A stretch of 64,000 nucleotides of DNA from Mobula hypostoma (taxonomy: Eukaryota). The DNA is taken from NCBI RefSeq assembly GCF_963921235.1, contig NC_086109.1:34412001-34476000 (forward strand). The letters are read 5' to 3'. Shown piece by piece: positions 24,601 through 38,335 of this stretch (the first letter of the stretch is position 1; each line of letters opens with the position of its first letter). A program made the position numbers and the translations under genes. The notes beneath the pieces were generated by a model. That model was not told where the DNA came from and searched no databases. It saw nothing but the letters and a program-made list of their open reading frames with translations.

Positions 24601-25880
24601 CACCCATTGTAAATGAGCTGTGTGTAGCAGGTCATCTTATCCTCAGAGGGACATGGATTGTGTTACCTAAAGCCTTGCCCACAGGAGCATTCGCTCTAGC
24701 TCACAAAGGACGCTTGGGAGTAGTGGGTACAAATCAGCATCTCAGAACCCAGGTTTGGTGGCCTGGTATGGATGAAGCAGCTGAGAAATACTGCAAAACC
24801 TGTTACGGCTGTCAAACTGTATCTGGACCCGACCCTCCAGAATCACTAAAACTGAGATTGTTACCAGATGGTCATTGGCAGGAGGTAGCCGTTGATTCGC
24901 TTGGACCATTACCAACAACCTATTCCATTCTAGTAGCAGTTGATTACTACAGCCGATTTTATGAATATGACATTTTGACCTGTACAACTGCAGAAAGTTA
25001 TTGACAGTCTGGAGAACATTTTCAGTAGACATGGACTGCCCATATCTATCAAATCAGATAATGAACTTCAATTTAGATCTGAACAGTTCAAGGAATATTA
25101 TGAGAGTAATGGAAAACAATATCAGAGGGGGCCTAGGCAAATGGTGAAGTGGAGCACCAAAATGCATCACTGATGAAAACGATTAGGATTACTCGAGCAG
25201 AAGGACTTGACTGGAAATGTGAACTGTGGAAGTATGTGACTGTGTACAGAAGTGTGGAACAGGCCACTGCAGGGACAAGTCCTGCCAGACTTCTCTACAA
25301 CGGCTAAATGAGGGGGAAGTTACTAGACTTCAAGGAGTACGCACAGCAGAACTGAAAGTACGAGATTGGGACGCAGAACAAAAAGTAAGTTACAGGCTGT
25401 ATGCAGACAGTCACAGAGGAGCACAACTCTCTACTGTAAAAGTTGAGGATGCTGTGCTTATACAGCAAGAAAACATGGACAAATTCACCACACATTTCAA
25501 TACAACACCACACATGGTGGTGCGAAAAACAGGAAATCAAATGGTAGTTGAATCTCCAACTGGAATGCAGATGCAAGGAACACCACACATGTAAAAATAA
25601 AGTTCAACACAAGAGAGACTTTTGACAAATAGGAGAAAATTCAAGGATTTGACAATGAGGTAGTGCACAGGAGGACAATATGGTGGACAGTTACGGATGA
25701 GCTCAGGTTTACAGTGTACAAAAGCCATTAACAAACATTGAAAGCAAACAGAAACCAGTAGAAAGAACTCAAAGGGTTAGAAACAACCTCTAAGTGATTT
25801 TGTATTGAAGTAGAGCTTTAAGTGGAAGGTTTTGAAACAAGGAAAACTATTGTAAGTTGAAAATGAAGTTTTTTGTTCTA
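21649..25880 (+). mobile_element. Decayed Ty3/Gypsy LTR retrotransposon lacking its 3' LTR
   Basis: LTR 21649-21860 (TGTCGTG...CACGACA, AATAAA); PBS TGGCGAC at 21862; gag zinc knuckle (RCGNADH...CRKC); RT (SKLDLKWGYHQ, NISDD), RNase H and integrase (WWPGMD, VDYYSRF) fragments with many frameshifts. Confidence 0.92.
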
Positions 25881-25882
25881 GA

Positions 25883-27223
25883 GTAAATAACAAGAGTGCT
25901 TAATCAAACAATATATTAACAATATTACTCAAATATTATTGAAAAATTAAATACACTACAGTCCTCCCTGCTTAGCTACAAACTCCTACTCCTACTCAAT
26001 ATAGAATGCATCTCAATTTAGAATGCCATCCTTGAACACTTCTGTGGCATCATCCAATAACTTGCTTAATTCGCTTTCAGTTGACGTTTTTGTAGGGGAT
26101 GTGGCAAGTCCTTAGCTGGATACCTGCAAGCTTCAGTTTGGTATCTTTGAAATGCCATTCAGTCTCATTTGTGGAATGAGTGAAACAGCTGAGCCAGTGT
26201 CCAATTCCATTTTAGTTATTTTGCAGTTCATTTCTGGTGTAAGCCACATTGCTTATCTACTGTAAGTTTCATGATGTAAATCTCAAGGCGACTCAATCCT
26301 GTGTCACTGTCATCAGATTTTTCATCAACAGCATGCAGATTAGTGCTGTTTTTGAAGCTGCAGCTTGAATTTTTATCCTTATCTCTTTCCTGCAATGTCC
26401 TTTTATTTTTATCTGCCTGATATGTTACGATCACTTCAATTCAATCATCTTTGCTGAAATAGACTCCCTTTCCTGTTAATTCTGCTTATGAAACCTAAAG
26501 CATTCTGCAATCAACAATTATTTTGGTTCTAAATGTTCCTGTATTACTTTCATGATATCAGCAAAGCTCATTTCTGCTGGTTTGGTTGGAGCAGTTAAGA
26601 ATAATGTATGCCTTTAAATCCAATACACACAGCAAAAGTGGTATTCACAACTCATTTACTATTTCATTTGCTTCAAAATACTGCTCAATCCTTTACAAAA
26701 TCCAGTTTTCTCTTGTACAATTCAATGTATCTGTCTTTCCGGTATAGCAGCCATTTCTGCTTTTTGTTTATTATGATTATTATCAACTGGTACTCACTGC
26801 TTATTATCCTGTGAATTTGTCCATTTCCTGCCTTTTAAAAAATTTGACGATTTCTCACTCTCCCTTCCAAAGGGATATGTGTTGTGCTGCTCTTTTTAAA
26901 CCCTAGCATCTCGCAGTGCTTTTTTCACAAACTTGAACTCGCTGCACTTCAACAAGTAGGTAGTCACATCAGGTTTGTTTAAACTTCCTCATTGCTGCTG
27001 TTATGTTTTGTAACTCTGAAACATAAAACTAATTGCAAGAGAAACAAGGGAGTCTGGAATGCGAGTCAAACATTTTTACTTCAAGCAAGACACACATGTA
27101 TGACATATGCCATTTACGTGTTCTTACATATAACCCACAGTGCATGATTTAAACAGCAAAGAATGATCAACCAAACAATATTTTTACAATATTACTTAAA
27201 TGTTACTAAAATGTTACACAACA
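25883..27223 (-). mobile_element. Second, internally deleted Gypsy-like element (opposite strand)
   Basis: 5' LTR 26999-27223 with an adjacent decayed PBS; MELDTGSAVSL protease motif at 26178-26210 (minus); polypurine tract 25961-25976; partial 3' LTR 25883-25960 matching ~27150-27223. Confidence 0.75.
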
Positions 27224-27731
27224 GCTACCAAACCTGAGCTTCCTGAACTGAAAATTGGAATTAATATTGACAAACATTTCAAGAGTTCTAACTACATTTG
27301 TTAAAGTAATCTATTTTGAAAACTGAGATGTTAAACATCAAAAATGATTTTGTCTCTTTTAGTGACTTAGATTGCTTGCACACTAATACTCTTCCAGAAA
27401 ATTCTCACTGTACACCAGGAAGATAATAACCAGACATGGGGAATATAATAAGCAGTTGAGAAACACATTTTGAAAGCTTAATTATTTTTTGGTTCATGCA
27501 AATAATCAAGAAAGGTCATTTTAATTGATGGGACAGGCTGACTGGTACGGAAAGGGGATTATTACGAAACAATCTGGTATTTTGTGGTAATTTTACCAGC
27601 TACTGTGACATTATTTAAAAAGATCATGTTTGCTTCATTTCCCAAATGAAATTCATTGTTGACGTTGGATGAGTTGAGCTGAAGGGCTGTTTCTGTGATA
27701 ACTCCATAACTCTATATGTTTTTCTTTTCAG

Positions 27732-27890
27732 CTGCTGCATATGAAAAGCAACAAATATTTGACAGTGAACAAAAGACTACCAGCCCTCCTGGAGAAGAAC
27801 GCTATGCGAGTCACCCTGGATGCCACAGGGAATGAAGGTTCTTGGTTATTCATTCAGCCATTTTGGAAGCTACGAAGCAATGGAGACAAT
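27732..27890 (+). CDS. ITPR3: ITPR3 coding exon (159 nt, phase 0/0), suppressor domain
   Basis: ttttcag|CTG...AAT|gtaaga; translates [53 protein letters not shown], matching the type-3 IP3 receptor. Confidence 0.97.
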
Positions 27891-28822
27891 GTAAGAATTA
27901 CCACAATAGGGTTAAATACTGACAGCAAAAATATAAATGTTGAGTACTTATATTTTTCAAAATAGCCCAATACTCCAGGATGATGTTAGACAAGAAAAGT
28001 TCTTTTCTTCACCACCACCTTCTTTCCCAGTTCACTCCGTCTTCACTAATAATGATGAACAAGGGAGGCATTAAGTACGGAAATCACCTGCTTTCTCAGT
28101 TCACTCCCCCCTCACTGCTAATGATGAGCTTCTCTCTGTCACACACCCCATTTTCTTCTTTGCATGTTTTTTATTCTCCTAGCTACCGTCACGATCTTCC
28201 CAAGTTCAATGTATCCCTAAACTCATCTCCCTGGTCCATTAAACTTTTAACCACCTATAATCTGTTCCTGGTTACTCTTCTGGATGACCTTACCTGAAAG
28301 TATTTTCAAAACTGGTGTTCGCTCCTTCACAGAACCCAACCCCCACCACTTGATCTGCCAAAGCTTCCATCATGATAGGGAGTGGGAAACTTCTCTATTG
28401 GAAATGTGAAAATGATGAAAAAAGGGAAGAGAATTCGAGGAAGGAATGGAGATTAAAGGAAGTGTGTCATCCTACAAAAGAGGCAAATCTCCCAAACTCT
28501 GCCATAGTAGCAGTTTGTTTCTTGTTACTTTTGCTTACCTGTGAGAAAGATGAGTCTTTTGTGTTCAACAGGAAAGCAGGCAGCTCCCTGCTTTCTTAGA
28601 ATTAGCAAGTCTTTGAAATCTAAACAGGATACAGTGTTTTCAGGATCTTATCTGCATGTCTGAAATTGAATCCTTTCCCAAATAATGGTGGGTGATAAAA
28701 TCAGGATATTTCAGAAATGCAAATATTGTCATAACAAATGATGTTTCAAAGTTAAAAGTTATTTTTAAATTTTAAGGTGACTCTTTAAATGATATGTATC
28801 ATATGTTAACTCTACGTTTCAG

Positions 28823-28921
28823 GTGGTGGTTGGAGACAAAGTAGTGTTGAATCCAGTCAATGCTGGACAGCCATTGCATGCAAGCAATTATGAACTTCTT
28901 GACAATGCAGGCTGTCAGGAG
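28823..28921 (+). CDS. ITPR3: ITPR3 coding exon (99 nt, 0/0)
   Basis: tttcag|GTG...GAG|gtaaga; [33 protein letters not shown]. Confidence 0.97.
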
Positions 28922-29410
28922 GTAAGAGCCCAGTAGAAGAAGAAGGTTGCAAGGAGAAAAACAAGGAGAAAAGAACTAATTCAACAAGACTGTGAAAATA
29001 ACCAAAAGACAGAAATAGAGAATGTAATTTATGCTGAAAGAGAATTAAAAAATGCAGAGGACAAAGAATGGTATTTATAAAGATCAAAACAAGTTTAGAG
29101 CACCTATTTTGTGTAGGAGTTCCATTTTGTAGTTGCTGAACTGTATTTTGTTCAGTTGAAGGGTTCTATGGGCATAGAAACAAATGTGTTAGACAATCCT
29201 CTCCACCTCAAGAAATACTTGCTCAAATATGAATATATGTCAGGATAAATTGTATTCACCTCTATTAACAATGCAACAAAGAATACATTTATAATCATTT
29301 TAGAAATGCTAAAAGAAAGTTATTTGTTACAGCAGATAGTTGATAGGTTGTCTACAGAAGATATTTGTTTTCTCTTCAATATTATTCCATTTTTAAACTT
29401 CCAATTCTAG

Positions 29411-29494
29411 GTAAACTCTGTGAACTGTAACACCAGCTGGAAGATAAATCTCTTCATGAAGTACAATGACTACATGGAAGATGCTTTGAAAGGG
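29411..29494 (+). CDS. ITPR3: ITPR3 coding exon (84 nt, 0/0)
   Basis: ttctag|GTA...GGG|gtatga; VNSVNCNTSWKINLFMKYNDYMEDALKG. Confidence 0.96.
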
Positions 29495-31786
29495 GTATGA
29501 AATAATAGCTTAATGTATTGCTGATAGAAAATATTGATAATGTGTAGGCCATTAAGGTAGAAACTCTGAGCACTAAACCTTGGACACAGCATGCTAAGAA
29601 CTACTTTTATTTAACGTCTGTTAACTTTACAGGGCTATTCTGAAGTTTACCTAAAATGGGGTGTGAAGATCAATGTAGAAAAAACAGAGTGGCAAAGGTT
29701 GTATTTATTTTGGAAAGACCTGGCAGAGATGGAAAGGGGCAAATTGTCTCCTTTTGTGCCAGAAGATATATGTTTGTATAGTTTCCCTGAACTTTGCCTG
29801 TTTGAACTCCCTCTCGTGCACTCCTCTAAATTTCTTCAGAATTACTAAACCCATACTTTGACATTGTAATTGTGTGCTCTGTTCGCTGGATTGAGTTTCA
29901 TGTTGTAGGGATTGTTATATCACGAAAATATAAGCAGAATGGGCCACTACTCTCTGGTGCTTATTCTCATTCTCCCTTCCTCCACATATCTGATAGCCAC
30001 CAGATCTCCTGGAGCTGAATCTTCCCAGCCAATGCCCAACCTAAGACACAGGACACTAATTCCTGTTCCTCTTTACTCCCCAATGCTCCCCAGCTCCCTA
30101 TGACTATGGCAGTGGAAAATGATATTCTCTATACTATACACCACACATACCACCACCTTTTGGCCCACAAGCACTGCTGGTAAGACAAGTATTTGTTGCT
30201 ACCAACCAATATCTCCAATTGTCATTTGTCACCCTTTCTGAAGCCAAACAACAGCCCATTGGCATAATTTAATGTATCTCAGAACTTGCCTCCAGTGGGT
30301 TTGTTAATTAGAAAATAATTGGAATTCATTGAAGGTTAAGTAGGTTCAGGTTTCTGAACCTTTATATTGTTAACCTCCTTTCCAGGAAATGCTGTCTCTT
30401 TGCCCCTGTAGGTTATTTGATCGAGAGGCTGCCAACATTCCTTCAAGCTCATGGTTAGACCACGGGCGAACCTGTAAAACCAGTTAGGCTTTGCAAACTT
30501 TAACATGCTTAAGCAAGCTTGTAAAGTGAGTTCCAGAGCTGCTGCTGAGCCCTTTTCTCAATGCTAAAATTAACTTTGCACCCACCGGTCCTGAAAAATG
30601 TTCCCACCGACTTCCATGGTGGCCTGAACACAAGGCATAAGACTGACCACTGAGTTGATTATCTTTGCACCCAGTTAATATTCTTGTCTCCAGGCCATTT
30701 GCAGGAATGTTGGCAGCTAAATAGGTAGCAAATAAAATGAATATTTATTACTATAAGTTTGAGGGGGTCAGTGACAAAAGATAGGTTGTATATTTGTAAA
30801 TATTAATTGCTTAGATGGGTTTCACAATTGACAATCCTGCCTGTAAGTTATTTTTTACCAACTTTCTGGTTAATGTTTTATAGTATGTATATATAAACAG
30901 CAGTAATTCAGCATGATTGAAAATATTTTTGATTATTTGAGTTGCATTTGTTTCCTTCTCCCACATAACTGCAAAGTTTCCACTTCCTGTACCTACTGTG
31001 GGATGTTACCAAAACTCATAGTAATCTCATACTTTCCCAGATGCAGAAGAGCACAAAACCCCATTATTTTTTTTCCTCTTCTACATATTTTGGGTTTTAT
31101 CAACATAAATCTGTGACCTTTTTTTATTTAACTTGTATATGCTGACCCTTGTTTTCATACTTTGAAGTGGATATGCAACTCATTGCAATAGGGTATTGAC
31201 ATATTGCTGCTTTGACATCTTGAGGTTTGGTGTATCATTTATGCGTGTTTAAGTTATAAAACATTTTTGCACATTATGTTATTGACTGTGGGAGATGACA
31301 ATGTAGAAAGAGAGGAACAGGGTAGAATGCTGAGAATAATCAGTGTTGTCCCTTAATCATGAAATTTAACATTAAGTGGGATCTGTACAAAGACTTAGAA
31401 GAGGGTGAAATTGATTTCTTAACTTAGAAAATTGCTGTCAAATAGACAAAAAGTACTTCTTCCAGTGGTGGCATTGCTAACTGTGCCCAGTCTAAGGACC
31501 AATTGATATCCAGATGTACCTACTCTATGAAAGCCAAGGTGAAACCAAGAGTGGGGCATCACTTTGGTGATTCGGCATGGGTGAGTCGGCAGGCTGTGTT
31601 GTTGAACAGCTTAGAACAACTTTCTGGAAGTTGTTGGAAGATGTGCTCATTCAGACAGTGTGTGTTCAGACTTTGCTATTCTTTTAGAAGAATCAGGCAT
31701 AAAGAAAAATGTTCCTCAAATGAAAATCTACTGTAATGAATGCAGAGTTTTCTTAAATGTGACTAGTTTATTCTCATCTATTTCAG

Positions 31787-31933
31787 GGTGACGTAGTAAG
31801 GTTGTTTCATGCTGAACAAGAGAAATTCCTCACATGTGATGAATACAAATCCAAGCTACATGTCTTTCTGCGTACAACACTACGCCAATCTGCCACTTCT
31901 GCAACAAGCTCAAATGCTCTCTGGGAAGTTGAG
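31787..31933 (+). CDS. ITPR3: ITPR3 coding exon (147 nt, 0/0), IP3-binding core beta-trefoil
   Basis: tttcag|GGT...GAG|gtaatt; [56 protein letters not shown]3-contact loop and SSNALWEVE fit type 3. Confidence 0.97.
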
Positions 31934-32081
31934 GTAATTTTAACTATATGGAAAATTTTCGTATTTATATTGCACAGTGTCAAATAAATGTCATTTGCTC
32001 CAATAGATCACAAAATTATCCATTTATAATTAGATTTATTTGACAAAACAGTGTAAAGAATCACCAAGGTTCAATAGACAT

Positions 32082-32665
32082 AGAATCAGAGCCAGGTTCA
32101 TTGACATTGACATATATCATGAAATTTATGAATATGAATGTTATTTTGTGGCAGCAGTACAATGCAATACATCACAATTATGATAAATTACAATAATTTA
32201 TAAGAAGTAAATAAATAGTGAAAAAGAGAGCAAGATAGTGATGTAGTGTTCACAACTTCATGGATTGTTCAGAAAATTGATAGTGGAGAGGAAGAAGCCA
32301 TTCCTAAAAGATTGAGTGTGTGTCTTCAGGCTGCTTTTCATTCTTATTGATGGTAGTAATGAGACAAAGACGTTTCTTGGATGGTGCGGATCCTTAATGA
32401 TAGATGCTGCCTTCTTTAGGCATCAACTTTTGAAGATATCCTTGATGGTGAGGAGGCTGGTGACCATGATGAAGTTGGATCACCAGTCTTAAATGCCACA
32501 GATGTAGCCCTCAGCGGTCTGTGAATCTCCTGCTTCATCCACAGCTTCTGGTTTGAGTATGTCTGGTACGTTCTGGAAGGCACACGCTCATCCGCACAGG
32601 CCTTGATGAAGCCAGTGACGACTATGGCATATTCATTCAGATCCAAAGATGAATCCAGAAAGCCT
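32082..32665 (-). mobile_element. Rex/Babar-like LINE remnants
   Basis: (TCTGAT)-type tail at ~32082 and minus ORF with YSNQKLWM...AFKTGD. Confidence 0.6.
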
Positions 32666-33571
32666 AGCACAACAGGAAGTAATGTGAATCAAACAGTATT
32701 TATCCCAGTACAGTTTCACAGAAAAGAATTATCTATTTGAACTGGAACAAGTCCGAACTAGCTGAAACTCATTTTCAGTCTCATGAGATATTTGTGAAAA
32801 ATGTACAGAAATCTTGCACCAGGTGGATAGATAGATAGATATTTTATTGATCCCAAAGGAAATTACTGCTGTGATATACTCCAGGCTGAACAATTGCTTC
32901 CTCAGGGAACATTATGAGGGAGAGCTTTGGGTATTGACAACAACTGGTGGAGAAGAAATTCCTTCTGCCTGTCATGTCAGAATGGAGGAAGCACAGAAGG
33001 AGGCTGTTCAGCCCATTGAGCCCATGCTGGCTCCTTGAAGAGCAATTTCATCGAGCATATTCCCCTGTGCCCCTAGGGAGCTCAGTTGCTTTGTGACACA
33101 GGCCACAAGTCAAATGCAGCATATTTGAGATAAATAGTCTGTTGAAGAAATGGATGACTGTTTACTTAAAAAATAAGTGAAATGCTTAATGTTATCATAT
33201 TACTAGATGCACCACTAAATTCATTAGCGGTTCAATGGGTTAAAAGTGAGTGTATGACAGCATTTAGTAATTCAGAGTTACCAGACTTTTTCACAATTGT
33301 ATTGAATTTGAGATCTACGGTGTGTGTCTGCGATTTTCCTATGGATCATTTCTCAGTTATCATTCAGGACAAGTTATTGTCACTTTCTTTTTCTTCTTAT
33401 ACATGTCATACATAATGTATTTAAGCAACTTTAATCTTATTTGGAGATAATTGTTGCACCATCTTGTCATATGACTTTGTGATGTTGCTTGCTTCCTTCT
33501 GCAAATGATGTGTAGTCGCTGTGCTAGGCACCTATTGTTCTGAACAATAACTGAGCCCATTCTTCTTGCAG

Positions 33572-33667
33572 GTTGTCCACCATGACCCTTGCAGAAGTGG
33601 CGCTGGCCACTGGAACAGCCTCTACAGGTTCAAACATTTAGCTACAGGCCACTACTTGGCTGCTGAG
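33572..33667 (+). CDS. ITPR3: ITPR3 coding exon (96 nt, 0/0)
   Basis: ttgcag|GTT...GAG|gtatga; [32 protein letters not shown]. Confidence 0.97.
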
Positions 33668-33803
33668 GTATGATGCAATATTCTTTTCAGTTCTGGTTGT
33701 CTCATTATAGGAAGGATGGAATGCATTGAGAGAGTGTGCAGAGGAGATTTTCCAGGATTCCTCTCTAGATTAGAGAAATGTCTTGTCCGGGTAGGTTGAA
33801 TGA

Positions 33804-34228
33804 CAGACTGACTTACTGCCTGTTACCTCTCTGGCATTTAGGGCAGCAGTGAAGGTCCTCCATCTCTGGCGATGTTCAGGGCTTCCTTCATCGTGTCAGT
33901 AACTCCCTTTTGGTTTTCACTACTGTCAGTCATGCAAGTTCCGGGTGGAGACTTAGGAATACCATTGCACTCAGATGTAGAATGATTCTTCACTGCTGTT
34001 TCTGTAACAGTTTTGTTTTACCAGTCGGGGTTGTTAGCCCTGAGCTGAACCCCCGAACCTGGAGGACCGGTGGACCACTATTAGTCTGGCCTCTATCCTT
34101 TCATCTATTTGGCATGGGTGGACCCTAGCAAGTGTCAAAGCACAAAGCCCTGACTCCAGCCAACATAGCTCTCCCATCATTGAGGCACGCAAGCCTTTAT
34201 ACCACGACAAGATTGTGGTCCCCTTGGA
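33804..34228 (-). mobile_element. Bipartite non-autonomous RTE-derived element (second family)
   Basis: minus 5' end CTTGTCGTGGTATAAAGGCTTGCGTGCCTCAATGATGGGAGAGCTATGTTG; (AGTC)n tail; degenerate TSD TA(G/T)GTTGA(A/G)TGA. Confidence 0.72.
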
Positions 34229-34538
34229 GGATATGTTGAGTGAGTTAGGGCTTTGTTCTTTGGAGTGACAGAAGATGAATGATGAATTTTTGGAGCTGTT
34301 TAAGATTATGAGAGGCATAGACAGAGCAGACAGCTAGCACCTTTTCCCAGCACAGCAATGGTCAGTACCAGAGGATATCCATGTCAGGTGAAGGAAAGAT
34401 AATTTATTTTTACACAGAGCACGGTGGGTGTATGGAATGCAGTGCTGGGATGCTGGTAGAGGCTGATGCAATACGAATATTTAAAAGAGCCTTAAGCAGG
34501 TACACGGATATAAGCAAAATGGAGGGTTATGGGGTTAT

Positions 34539-35435
34539 GCACACAAAATGCTCGAGGCAGTCAGCAGGTCAAGTAGCATCTATGGAGAAGAATGACGAGC
34601 CGAGACCCACTCCTGCCCAACCACCACCTCCTTCACCACAAAACAGGGCTCCAAATAGTCCTTCCAGGTGAGGCAACACTTCACCTGTGAATCTTTTGGG
34701 ATTATATAATGTGCTCCTGGTGCAGCCTCCTTTACTTCGGTGACACCCGACGCAGATTGGGGGATCGCACTGTCAAGCACATTCCTTCCGTCTGCAGCAA
34801 GCGGGATTTTCTGGAGGCCCACTATTTTAATTCTACTGCCCATTTCCATTTTGACATGTTGGCCCATGCCCTCCTCTACTGTCACAATGAGTAAACTCTC
34901 GGACTGGAGGAGCGACACTTCATATTCCATCTGAGTAGCCTCCAAACCTGACTGCATGAACATCAATTTCTCAAACTTCTGATAATTTCTCCCGCCTCCC
35001 CGTCATCTCTTGTTTCCATTCCCCATTCCCCATTCCCCATTCCCCATTCTGGCTCCCCTCTTATCTCTTCTCTTCTCCCTTGCCTGTCACCTCCCTCGTT
35101 TTCCCTTCTTCCTTACCTTTTTTCCATGGTCCACTCTTCCTCTCCTATCAGACTCCTTCTTCTTCAGCCCTTTATGTTTTCCACCAATCACCTCCCAGCT
35201 TCTAACCTCACCCCCTTCTCCTCACCTGGTTTCACCTATCATCTTCTAGCTTGTACTCCTTTTCCTCCCCTACCTTCTTACTTCTGGTGTCTTTCCCCTT
35301 CCCTTCCAGTCCTGATTAAGACTCTCAACACAAAACGTTGGCTTTTATTCCTCTCCATAGATGCTTCCTGCCCTGCTGATTTCTTCCAGCACCTTGTTTG
35401 TTTTGCTCTGGATTTCTAGCATCTGCAGAATCTCT
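34539..35435 (+). mobile_element. Penelope-like element with short inverted 5' arm
   Basis: CSWCSLLYFGDTRRRLGDR GIY-YIG remnant; 9-bp TSD TGGGGTTAT. Confidence 0.85.
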
Positions 35436-36994
35436 TGGGGTTATAGGGTTTGTACGAGGGTAGGGCTGGATTGATTGTGGAGTAGATTTATATAGTTAGT
35501 CACAACATTGTGGGCTGAAGGGCTGTACTGTGCTGTACTGTTCAACATATTTTCTAATACATTAAGAGGCGAAAATCTCAATTACTGGATCTCTCTGAGA
35601 TCAAACTATGAGCATGTGGCTTTTTTTTTACAAAGCAGTATTGTATATCCAATTGATACTTACCCACCTTGGTATAAATAACAAAGTTAATGGTACAAGA
35701 GCACAAAACAAAATGGGCACAATGTTAGTTATAATTGGAAGACTGAAAAGAATTCTGCTTCATGTTGCACACAGATGTTGGACTAGTGATTTCTTCCACT
35801 GCTTTTCACTTATTCTAAATACTGTGAATGATTTATTGGAATAATCTGAGTGGAAGATCCAATACAGGACAGGAATGTATCCCACCGTGAACACTGATTC
35901 AATAAGAGTTGTTTAAATCCCCACACAGGGTAGCCATGCCTATGACAATCAATAACTTGGAAATCATTTTATCTTTGTCCAATCACACATCGGGCATTTT
36001 CAATGTCTGCAATAATAAACCTAAACTTGTTCTCAATAAATAAGAGTGCCCAGAAATTGGACTGCGTGGCACATCTGTTTTTTATATTACACGATTCAAC
36101 TTCATGATAAAAAAAACATAAAATAAACTTGAACTTCATGGCCAACTGCAAGAAATGCACAATATTGACTCTGACATACACTGAGCCTGGGTATGCAATA
36201 TACTTGCATATTTGTAAAATGCCACAATAGAAAGTTTCAAGTAGAATCAAATCATGTGATCTGAGGAACAGTTGATGAGGAAAAGCAAGAAATCAAACAT
36301 TATTCAAGGTTCAAGTTCCAGTTACTTATGGACAAAGAAACTGAGAAGGTAAATTCTGATCAAGGTCAGAGACTGATCTGCATTTTCTGAAAATAATTTT
36401 GATGAACACGTAACACATGTATCAATGGACTGAATGTGTTATGTGTAATGCTGTTAGAATATGAGTTATGTTTTTGAGAGCTCTGTGTCTATGGTAAGAT
36501 TCTATAAAATAGCAGAATGACAGACAGAGAAAGGTACAACTTCACAATTTAATCACCTTTAAGCAAACATGGCTTCCAGTCTGTAAGAATAAACGGCAAG
36601 AGAATGTAACAGTTGAGTTGAGGAACTTATAGAGGCTTTAAGTGAGAGTGAATAGTTTTATACTGGAACATTATGGCTTTTCTCATGAGTTCATGACTGC
36701 ACTTTAAAGCTAGAGGTGAATAAACGTGACAGCTTAGAAATTGGTTTCATTTGCACACATCTTCCATGCAAAAATCATGCATAAAACATTTTTGTCTACA
36801 TTAGCATATGCTAAGGATCATTTCCAAGTGAAATCACACCATTTGGGAAATTAGATGACATAGTTCATGGTGCACAGCTGACATTTGACCGCTGTTAATT
36901 ATGCAGCTGACAATTTCACATGTAAGACACTGCAAGAGCTCGTCCTTGTGTAAACTAGACTTTTCAGCTATAACCCTATGACCTTTGCTAAACA

Positions 36995-37175
36995 CTCAGA
37001 ACAGAGTGCACTGCCAATGTGTCACAGTGCGAAGTTTCAAGCCTAACCTTAGTCTTTGCCTGCGTGGAGGTTCATGGTCTCCCCATGACTGAGTGTAATT
37101 CTTCTGGGTATTCCAGGTATCTCCCCAATCCCAAAGGTGTGTAGATTGGTAAATTAATCTTGCTCCATAGATTTC
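36995..37175 (+). mobile_element. V-SINE-like fragment
   Basis: decayed V-domain GTGGAGGTTCATGGTCTCCCCATGACT...; related pieces at ~54520-54720 (minus) and ~55575-55680 (plus). Confidence 0.55.
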
Positions 37176-37473
37176 CCTTCCATTCACGGTCTCCTTTATT
37201 CATTTACAAGGTCTACTTTTTGCATCTAATTAACTTCGCAGCACCTTCAATGCATATTAAGTCCAGACTGATTAACAAAAATTTAAATCATAAAAGACTT
37301 CAGCTGCTGGAAATATGAAATGAGAACAGTAAATGTTGGATAAAAAATACTCAGCTTGTCAGGTAGTATTTTTGGAAAGAGAAACATTAATATTTCAGGT
37401 TAGAGGTCATTCATCAGAACTGAATTTTTCACCATGTTCTGTCTTGATTAAAAGCCACATCCACCCATCCTCT

Positions 37474-37558
37474 GCAACACAGACAAAATGCTGGAGGAAC
37501 TCAGCAGGCCAGGCAGCATCTATGTCGATGTTTTGGGCCGAAACCCTTCGGCAGGACC
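37474..37558 (-). mobile_element. Penelope-like pseudo-LTR fragment
   Basis: AAAATGCTGGAGGAACTCAGCAGGCCAGGCAGCATC plus a decayed hammerhead. Confidence 0.7.
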
Positions 37559-38335
37559 AACCCTTTTCCCACCAATAGAGAACCTAATGGAATTCATGCC
37601 CTTAAGCATGAAAACAGCGATGACTGCTAGTGATGCCTTGTATGGTAGAGCTGTATGCAGCGACCGTTATTGGTATTAAGTAAATTATGACAGCGATGTG
37701 GAAGTTTCTCTTCAGGTTTTAATGATCAAAGCATTACAATCTAGACAGCTGTTTTTGTTTCAGAGACAATCTACATCAAAGATACAGCAATAATCACCTA
37801 GCTTGTATGTGGATGAGCACAGAACACCTCAGGCCTCTCCATTTTGCATTCCCTCATCTCTTGTGTATACATAAGAGTGTCCCTCACAATTGTGTGGTCA
37901 TCTGTCAACCTTTCATCCCTGACAACATCCCTGGCAGTAGGACAGAATTGAACATTTCTTGTTTTGGTTTGGCTGCCTTATGATGTGTATTCAAAGCCTT
38001 TTTCACAGCTTTTTGATACTGGGCATTGGAGATATTAGATACTCGGTCTGAAAGAGTGCCCATTTGCACATGTATTGGGAAGAATTGTTGAGGGGAAATG
38101 AAGGAGGAGAGACGGTGTATCACTCTCTGCAAGTTTATGGGAAAAAAACCCATCCTATCTGAGTTCCTGCAGATGTCTTGCAAGCAGATGAGGGTTCTCC
38201 TCCAACAAATGCTGTTACAGGTTTCTTAGCCAGCCATAGCCTTGCAATCCAGGTTTAATGTTAGACTAATGCTATGTATCATTTGTTGAACACCTAATGG
38301 AGTTTTACTGACGGGGCAAAATTTTCCAAACAGTG

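Larger units (their letters stand above)
33685..35545 (+). mobile_element. CR1 3' fragment split by two younger insertions
   Basis: CR1 sequence at 33685-33803, 34230-34538 and 35436-35545 is colinear once the inserts are removed. Confidence 0.7.

Noticed and set aside
1..27731. Upstream ITPR3 exons or a nested host gene
   Set aside because: No segment translating to the expected preceding ITPR3 sequence was seen, and the ORFs here are TE-derived or lack recognisable motifs. A small exon could have been missed by eye.
29409..29416. AG|GTAAAC as a recursive splice site
   Set aside because: Explained by the Val codon at the exon start, and the flanking introns are short.
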